Origin: a virus | Lineage: Duplodnaviria; Caudoviricetes | IMG/VR virus record: IMGVR_UViG_3300010366_000046 | Span: 1-29,875 of that record | DNA: 29,875 bases | Strand: one strand, 5' to 3' | In this document: positions 23,819 through 29,875 of the stretch, piece by piece | Numbering within the stretch: position 1 is the stretch's first letter | Layout: every line of letters starts with the position of its first letter | Made by a program: the position numbers and the translations under genes | Notes under the pieces: generated by a model | Databases searched by the model: none | The model's input: only the letters and a program-made list of their open reading frames with translations | What the model was told of the DNA's origin: nothing

Positions 23819-24036
23819 ATCAGCGGGATATACCTATCACGCGCGAGCAAGTGCAGGGCTGGATCGACTCCTGGGACAAGACGGGGACGATTGAGGACCA
23901 CATTCGCGCCGAGGTCGAGGCCTTAAAGCTCCCGGACGATCAGGTCAACACGTTCACCCACGACAGCCTACCAGACACGATGCCGATAGCAGACTTCATT
24001 ATCGAGGACTTGCCTTCTTATGTCGTCAGTAGCTGA
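23815..24036 (+). CDS. Small acidic hypothetical protein
   Basis: ATGA overlap; sits between adaptor and nozzle genes. Confidence 0.6.
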   Translation: MNQRDIPITREQVQGWIDSWDKTGTIEDHIRAEVEALKLPDDQVNTFTHDSLPDTMPIADFIIEDLPSYVVSS

Positions 24037-25582
24037 CCTCAGGGACCTACGCGCCAAGACCCAGGGCTTCGCTGGCGGGGTCAATATCCGCGACGCTGTG
24101 GATCAGATCGCGCCGGACGAGATGGTCAAGTGTGAGAACGCTACGCTGACGCAGAAGGGCGGCCTGGACAAGCGGCTCGGCACTCAGTCGAATGGCACAT
24201 TCGGCGTGAGCGCAGACCGAGGCCTCAGCGACTACACGTATTACCGCCCAGGCACTAACCCTCAGGTCCTCCTGCACACGACGGCGGGCAGGTTGTACTA
24301 CACCAACGACCCATCAGCGAACCCGATTGTGTGGACCCAGATCGCTTCAGGCCTCTCTACAACGACGCCTATGTCCTTTGAGACCTTCACCTCGAAGGTG
24401 TTCTTCTGCGAAGGGACGGTGTATGCCTCCTGGGATGGATCAACTTACACTACCTATCCCTCCGCACCGCTTGGTAAGTATTTGCGGTTGTGGAAGGACA
24501 CGATGTGGATGTCAGGGATTGCTGCGCTGCCCGACCGGGTATATTCGAGTGCCGCTGGCGATGCTACATCGTGGCCCGCAGCGAACTGGGTCGATATCCT
24601 CAGGGGCGACGGCGATGCAGTTAACTCTCTGGCCTCAGACGGCCTCTTCCTGATAGTCGGCAAACAACGCCGAATATCTGTGATCTACGATCCGTCGCTG
24701 TTCGCTAACCGCACTGCAGACTACGAGAAGGGTACTGAGTCTCATCGGTGCTGGATACATATGGAGGACAAGCTCTACTTCCTCTCGCGGCTTGGTGTTT
24801 GTTGGTGGCAAGGCGACACCTCAGCACGACTTATCTCGTATCGTATCGACTCCCTCTTCCGCCCAGAGATCTTGAATCTTGGTGCCCTCAACTACGCTTA
24901 CGCCTACCAGATTGGCGGCAAGTGTGGATGGGCGCTTCCTGAGGCGGGTTCGACGATACCCACCCTCATCATCGAATACTACCCACGCCTGGGGCCAGTC
25001 TACCAGATCAGCGGAAACATCGGACCGGGTCCTTGGGTAATGCATCGCATGCCTCTATCGACGTTTACCACAGTGAGGTACGGGTCAACCGAATACCTGT
25101 ATGGCGCGCACAACGGAGCGAATAAGTACATGTGGGCTTTTGCGCCCGTGGGTACAGACGATGGTGCAACGTTCTCCACCACCGTTCAGACGGGGTACTA
25201 CGACATGAGCGACCCGATCATGTATAAGTACCTACGTCGGGTGAAGATCGTGGGACGTGGCAAGTTCACATTCCAACTGAAGCGGAACTTTGGAAACGGG
25301 GTATACGTCACGAAGCAGATAGACTACAGTCAGCTCACTGACTACTGGACTGTGGCTGATGCATGGGGTGTTGGGACGTGGGGTCCCGACGATAACGTCA
25401 AGGAGGCGATAGTGAATCTTGATGCCTACGGACGCAACTTCGCCATCGCTATCACCGACTCCGAGACTACGACTGGGAGGCTGACGTTGCCTGTCGGGTC
25501 GAAGGACTACAGTCTGGTGATGGGGGAGTGGTCCTTTTACGAGTCGACTTTCGATGCTCAACTCCTGGGACTGAGGAAATGA
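24020..25582 (+). CDS. Tail nozzle / tubular protein B-like (P22 gp10-type stabilisation protein)
   Basis: FAGGVN...N...GGLDKRLG N-terminal motif, beta-propeller-like aromatic repeats, KYLRRV near the C-terminus. Confidence 0.75.
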   Translation: MSSVADLRDLRAKTQGFAGGVNIRDAVDQIAPDEMVKCENATLTQKGGLDKRLGTQSNGTFGVSADRGLSDYTYYRPGTNPQVLLHTTAGRLYYTNDPSANPIVWTQIASGLSTTTPMSFETFTSKVFFCEGTVYASWDGSTYTTYPSAPLGKYLRLWKDTMWMSGIAALPDRVYSSAAGDATSWPAANWVDILRGDGDAVNSLASDGLFLIVGKQRRISVIYDPSLFANRTADYEKGTESHRCWIHMEDKLYFLSRLGVCWWQGDTSARLISYRIDSLFRPEILNLGALNYAYAYQIGGKCGWALPEAGSTIPTLIIEYYPRLGPVYQISGNIGPGPWVMHRMPLSTFTTVRYGSTEYLYGAHNGANKYMWAFAPVGTDDGATFSTTVQTGYYDMSDPIMYKYLRRVKIVGRGKFTFQLKRNFGNGVYVTKQIDYSQLTDYWTVADAWGVGTWGPDDNVKEAIVNLDAYGRNFAIAITDSETTTGRLTLPVGSKDYSLVMGEWSFYESTFDAQLLGLRK

Positions 25583-26502
25583 CCGCCTACAACCTCGTCA
25601 ATCCAGGGTCGATGGTCGCGGGTCAACCCGAGGATATCTCCCAGGTCCTCGCTAACTTCACGGCGATTCAGAACGTCCTCAACGGGAACGTTGATGATGG
25701 TAACATTAAGCCTGGGGCTGGGATTAACCCGTCAAAGATCTTGGGCTATCCCAACGACGCCTCCAAACTCCTCCGCGGTGATGGTGCCTGGAACCCAGCA
25801 CTGATCGGTGCAGCAGCTGGGACAAGTCTCTTCGCCTCCCGTGTAGCAGCAGACACCAACGACCGCTGGCACTCACTTGCCAGTGGCCAACTTGAGTGGG
25901 GTCCTGGCAACGCAGCAGTCGACGCCAACCTGTACCGGTCGGCGGCGGCTGTGCTCAGAACAGACGGGGCGCTCTCATCCGGTGCATACGGCATCAGTCT
26001 TCCCGCCTCTCCCGTGGACGGCCAGGAGTACACGCTTGTTGACTCGCTGACGAACCCGACCTACCAGTGGCGCTTCCGTTACAACGCCGGGAGCACATCG
26101 TCATACAAGTGGGAGTTTGTGGGCGGCGCACCGAAGGTCATCACCGACCTCACGGCCCCCAGCACGACGAGCAGCAGTTATGTCCTGCTTAGCGGCGGTC
26201 CTGTGTTCACCATACCCAGAGCAGGCGAGTATGACCTCGGGATGTCGTGCGCCTTGTATAGCGACACGGCGGGAGGCGGGGCAGGGGGCGGTGTCAGCGT
26301 CCCCGGCGTCGGTGTTCCAGCGGAGCTTTCAGCTTCTTGGGCCAGTTTCCCGCTCGCATGGAACGGAGGGACGTTTTCGGTGGACGCCATGAGAACGATC
26401 TCTTCGGGGGATGTAGGGGTTTACAACGCCAGAATTGGCACCACTGGGACTGCGTATACCAACATGCGAACGCTGAGAGTCAGGCCGAGAAGAGTCTCGT
26501 AA
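25579..26502 (+). CDS. Tail fibre/spike-like protein
   Basis: Start MTAYNLVNPG (ATGA overlap); NGNVDDGNI, LLRGDGAW, LPASPVDGQEY modules; beta-rich C-terminus. Confidence 0.7.
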   Translation: MTAYNLVNPGSMVAGQPEDISQVLANFTAIQNVLNGNVDDGNIKPGAGINPSKILGYPNDASKLLRGDGAWNPALIGAAAGTSLFASRVAADTNDRWHSLASGQLEWGPGNAAVDANLYRSAAAVLRTDGALSSGAYGISLPASPVDGQEYTLVDSLTNPTYQWRFRYNAGSTSSYKWEFVGGAPKVITDLTAPSTTSSSYVLLSGGPVFTIPRAGEYDLGMSCALYSDTAGGGAGGGVSVPGVGVPAELSASWASFPLAWNGGTFSVDAMRTISSGDVGVYNARIGTTGTAYTNMRTLRVRPRRVS

Positions 26503-26512
26503 CCACTAGATA

Positions 26513-26854
26513 ATGCCAGTCTCAACTAACTTCCCCCAATCACCCTCCAAACAGTCTGAGCTCGTGCAGATGGTCTGGACTGTGTGGCAGAATGTGAGGT
26601 ACCTGGCGAACCAAGTTCTCGACCCCTTCATCAACAAGTTCCAGCAGGGGACGGCGACGATCACGAACCCCGCCACCACTGTGACTGTGGTACATACGCT
26701 GGGCATAGCGAGTTACCAAGTGCAGGTCGTGCCCCTCGGCGATCCTGTGAGTCGGTACTGGGTAAGTGGCAAGACGAGTTCTCAGTTCGTCATCAATCTC
26801 TCAGCAGCACCTGCAGGATCTATGTCCTTCGACTGGTCGATAAAGGCGGTGTAG
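26513..26854 (+). CDS. Small tail-associated beta protein
   Basis: GTATIT...VTVVHTLG...FDW pattern typical of fibre-associated domains. Confidence 0.65.
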   Translation: MPVSTNFPQSPSKQSELVQMVWTVWQNVRYLANQVLDPFINKFQQGTATITNPATTVTVVHTLGIASYQVQVVPLGDPVSRYWVSGKTSSQFVINLSAAPAGSMSFDWSIKAV

Positions 26855-26857
26855 CGT

Positions 26858-27754
26858 ATGAGTACAATGATCCCGAACCCCCAAACTTCGGCGATCCCCG
26901 CGGATGCAGCGGGTACGATCAATGCGCCGCCGAACGATGACCCGAACCTTTACGTAGACCCCGTACAGTCTTTTGGGTTGCCCTCGCAGTACATGCTCGA
27001 TCCCACTATCGACGCCTCCATCCAGCAGGGCGCTCCGATGGGAGCATTCACTGACTCTCAGTACCTCGCCGACGAGGCAGGACTGAGGAACCAGATCGCT
27101 CAGCAATATACGGACCTGCTCCAATCACTAGGCTACCGAGGCCCGGGTGGTCAGGTGATGCCGGGTCGTCTGATCCAAGACGCCAACATTCAGATGGCTC
27201 AATATCAGCGCGCCCTGCAGGACTCGGCAAGGCAGGTCATTCAGCAGGCGCAGCAGCAGGGAACAGTCTTCTCAGGCATTCGCCCACAGCTGCTTGAGCA
27301 GGCACAGTACCCCACGCGCACCTCGATGGGCGGACTGATTCTCAACACGAACCGCGGTCTCGAGGATATCTACAACCAGGCGACGAAGCTAGCCTCGAGC
27401 TACAACACGCAGAACAATCAGCTTCTCGCCTCCGCTGCCGCACGACAGGCTGCAGCCCTCATGGCTGCACCCCCGTCGATCAACATTAACTACCCATCCC
27501 CAGCGGCGCCAGCACCGGCTGACACGACGCCCACTGATACAACGCCGCCCGACGTTCAGTACTCAGGCCCTGTCGATGTGCAGCAACCTGCGGCGGTGGG
27601 TTCGGCAGACAGTCCCTACTACTATGGCGGTGGTGGTTACTCGCCGACCTATACCCCGCCAGCCCCTGCACCGAAGCCGGTTCAACCTTCAGCTGTGGGG
27701 TCAGCGGATAGTCCATACTACTACGGTGGCGGTGGTACCAAGCCGAGGAGGTGA
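26858..27754 (+). CDS. Putative internal virion/ejection protein 1
   Basis: Q/A-rich helical core, P-rich tail carrying two QPxAVGSADSPYYYGGGG repeats; follows the tail genes. Confidence 0.65.
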   Translation: MSTMIPNPQTSAIPADAAGTINAPPNDDPNLYVDPVQSFGLPSQYMLDPTIDASIQQGAPMGAFTDSQYLADEAGLRNQIAQQYTDLLQSLGYRGPGGQVMPGRLIQDANIQMAQYQRALQDSARQVIQQAQQQGTVFSGIRPQLLEQAQYPTRTSMGGLILNTNRGLEDIYNQATKLASSYNTQNNQLLASAAARQAAALMAAPPSININYPSPAAPAPADTTPTDTTPPDVQYSGPVDVQQPAAVGSADSPYYYGGGGYSPTYTPPAPAPKPVQPSAVGSADSPYYYGGGGTKPRR

Positions 27755-27910
27755 GATATGGCCGAAGCAACAATACCCGATAGCGGCGGTGTGAGCCGCG
27801 TTACGAATCCGCCTCAGGGCGAGGCGAAGAATGAGCCGCCATTTGTCCTCGGACTGCAGCCCTCTGCGGTAGGTTCAGCCGATAGCCCGTACTACTACGG
27901 GGGTGGAGGA
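27584..27910 (+). repeat. Three copies of a 54-nt coding repeat (QP[A/S]AVGSADSPYYYGGGG)
   Basis: 27584-27637 and 27683-27736 in gene 26858; 27857-27910 in gene 27758. Confidence 0.92.
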
Positions 27911-29401
27911 GGTATGCCTTCGCCGTCGCCGAGTGGTGATTCGAGTCCCACTGATCCGCTCCTCAAGCAGGCGCAGGAAGCTGCAGCGTTGGAGATCTCG
28001 GGTCAGGTCAATCCATTGCAGGCGCAGATCTCTGGGCTTCAGAGCAACCAGCAGGCTGCGGCAGCGGCGATTGGTCAGGAGTTTCAGCAGATCCTTCCAT
28101 CTGTGGCAGACTCGGCGAGTCGTCTCGAGGCGGCGAACGCGAACAACCTCAACGCTGCGCAGCAGATCTTCCAGCAGGCGGGTTCTCAGTTGAATACGCT
28201 CCAGCAAAATGCTGCCGCACAGGCGCAGAGGCTGGCGCAACAGGTCGGTGGCCCTGTCTCGTCGGGGCAGTTCACCTCGGCGTCTGACCCTTACGCCCAG
28301 GCAGCCGCGGCAGGCTCGGCCACCGAAGCTATGACACAGCTGGAACTGGGTCAGGCAGCGAATCGCAGCGCAGAGGTGTTCGCCGGCCAGGTGTTTCCCG
28401 CGCTCGCGACAGAGCAGCAAGCGAAGAATCGCCAATACTACCAAGACCAGATCAAGACTATCCAGGATGAGATCACAAAGATCCAAGCCACTAAGGGCAC
28501 GCTGGTGTCTGACAACCTCGCCAAGCTCCAAACCGCGCAGAAGCAGTACCAACTTGACCTGGCGAACCTGAAGCTCAAGAAGATCAACGATCAACACAAC
28601 TGGGACTCCAAGACCCGGTCGCTCGACCAGAAGGACATCCAACTCCAGCATGATAGCCAGAAGCTTGGTCTGATGTGGGGCGCCCTCCAGCAGCAGGGCT
28701 ACTTCAAAGGTATCAGCGCTGACCAAGCGGCTCGGCGTCTCGACCAGGGCGCTGCTCGCATCAAGTTGGAAGGCACGCGGGTTACCAACCAAGAGAACGA
28801 GGCGTGGGCTAGGATTGGCTTGCAGAAGGCTGCCCTGAACGCTCGCATTAACCACTACACCGAGACTGAGAAGATCTCGAATGAGCGTCTCTCTGTGCAG
28901 CAACAGAAGAATGCCATGTCCCTCGTTGATGCAGCGATGGCCCCTGGCGGTGGCAAGCCAGTGACACTAACAACTAGGATTGATCTGGCAGCTAACGACC
29001 CGGCGGTGATAACCGCGATGGAGGGTAAGGGTTCTGCAGATATCCACAGAGACCCGAAAACGCATCAGTGGTACGAGTACAAGAGGATGACACTGACCCC
29101 ACAGCAGTGGGCTGCCCGCTCGGGGATCCAGAACACGGGTGGTGTGCATGATCCCAACGCCCTCTACCAGTTGCTCATCGACAACCATACCCCAACGAAG
29201 ATGGCACAGGGTATTGTTCGTGCCAAGACTGGCATGAGTGATTGGTCTCCGGGACAGAAGACTTCCTACACGCCGGCTGACCTAGCGAAGATGGCTATTC
29301 CGAAGCTCGATGCGTTGGCCAGACAACGAGGGTTTACGGGCGATACTTCGACCTTGACGAAACAGCGCGCAATCGACTTCATCGTCTCCACAAATCCCTA
29401 A
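27758..29401 (+). CDS. Putative internal virion/ejection protein 2
   Basis: 547 aa, Q/A-rich coiled coil, no Cys; GGAGGTGA RBS. Confidence 0.65.
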   Translation: MAEATIPDSGGVSRVTNPPQGEAKNEPPFVLGLQPSAVGSADSPYYYGGGGGMPSPSPSGDSSPTDPLLKQAQEAAALEISGQVNPLQAQISGLQSNQQAAAAAIGQEFQQILPSVADSASRLEAANANNLNAAQQIFQQAGSQLNTLQQNAAAQAQRLAQQVGGPVSSGQFTSASDPYAQAAAAGSATEAMTQLELGQAANRSAEVFAGQVFPALATEQQAKNRQYYQDQIKTIQDEITKIQATKGTLVSDNLAKLQTAQKQYQLDLANLKLKKINDQHNWDSKTRSLDQKDIQLQHDSQKLGLMWGALQQQGYFKGISADQAARRLDQGAARIKLEGTRVTNQENEAWARIGLQKAALNARINHYTETEKISNERLSVQQQKNAMSLVDAAMAPGGGKPVTLTTRIDLAANDPAVITAMEGKGSADIHRDPKTHQWYEYKRMTLTPQQWAARSGIQNTGGVHDPNALYQLLIDNHTPTKMAQGIVRAKTGMSDWSPGQKTSYTPADLAKMAIPKLDALARQRGFTGDTSTLTKQRAIDFIVSTNP

Positions 29402-29875
29402 ATGTCTAACCTCTTCGATCCACGAGTTGCTGCAGCGAAGGCCGGCGCTATCGGGGCACGGGGTCTTCCGCCTGCCCCGCCTGGCACGAGAGTCCACCCG
29501 CAGCCGAACACGCAGCCCATGCTGCCTTTGCAAGCGCCCTTGGCTGCTCCACAACAACACACTGTGGCAGCAACGCCTGGCGGTACCATCGACGTAGTGC
29601 ACCCCGGCGAGAATGTACCCGGTCCGTACAAGTTCGCTGCGTACATGCGGCGTGGTCAGCCGAGCCCCACGGTTCAACCGATCACACGCAGGGCGCTCAA
29701 GGTGTTGCAGAATCCAGACAAGAACTACCCCAAGGCAGATCCCGCGACGAAACTCCTCCTCGCGCGGCCAGGGCCTGACCTCCAAGCCATCATCAACTCC
29801 GATCCGGAGGCGCAAGCCAAACACGCGGTGGTTCTCTCAAAGATGGCGAAGGAGTTGGCGTTGCCACAGCAGCAG
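29402..29875 (+). CDS. Large virion/ejection-type protein, N-terminal part (truncated by window end)
   Basis: ATG directly after the TAA at 29401; open to the end: MSNLFDPRVAAAKAGAIGARGLPPAPPG...KELALPQQQ. Confidence 0.7.
   Translation, partial: MSNLFDPRVAAAKAGAIGARGLPPAPPGTRVHPQPNTQPMLPLQAPLAAPQQHTVAATPGGTIDVVHPGENVPGPYKFAAYMRRGQPSPTVQPITRRALKVLQNPDKNYPKADPATKLLLARPGPDLQAIINSDPEAQAKHAVVLSKMAKELALPQQQ

Noticed and set aside
25579-27910. Diversity-generating retroelement acting on the fibre or on the 54-nt repeats
   Set aside because: No reverse transcriptase in the window; repeat differences are synonymous third-position changes, not adenine-specific.
27584-27910. RiPP precursor cores
   Set aside because: No modifying enzymes or transporter nearby; repeats are embedded in large virion-module proteins.
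13461-28903. Long minus-strand ORFs opposite terL, portal, capsid and ejection genes
   Set aside because: Antisense shadows expected from high-GC codon bias; no motifs or RBS.
27758-29401. Tape measure protein
   Set aside because: No tail tube, terminator or chaperone frameshift genes precede it; adaptor-nozzle-fibre order fits a short tail with ejection proteins.

Overview
This window is a contiguous, GC-rich segment of a tailed dsDNA bacteriophage genome. No integrase, att site, tRNA, rRNA or CRISPR array is recognisable. A short-tailed (podovirus-like) virion is inferred from portal, scaffold, major capsid, adaptor, nozzle, fibre and long Q/A-rich ejection-type genes, with no tail tube or tape measure seen. 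A Gram-positive, probably actinobacterial, host is inferred from the CHAP endolysin plus holin without spanins and from several apparently leaderless sigma70-type promoters. Layout: 1-2350 minus-strand operon (Zn-ribbon proteins, truncated secreted protein); 2465-5091 HTH protein plus RepB-type primase/RecA-fold helicase; an AT-rich hairpin near 5280-5330; 5600-10035 minus-strand small early-type genes; 10205 putative terS; 10680-11800 an antisense cassette; 11892-29875 packaging, lysis and virion genes. The most notable features are: (1) three paralogous winged-HTH-like proteins, one embedded in poly-acidic/poly-basic blocks and two next to a dense CGAACG/CGTTCG array; (2) an 18-aa motif QP(A/S)AVGSADSPYYYGGGG kept three times across two adjacent putative ejection proteins with divergent synonymous codons; (3) a twice-occurring 67-bp dyad element CGCC(T/G)AGGTC-N47-GACCTAGGCG. 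Function calls come from motif recognition and synteny, not database searches.
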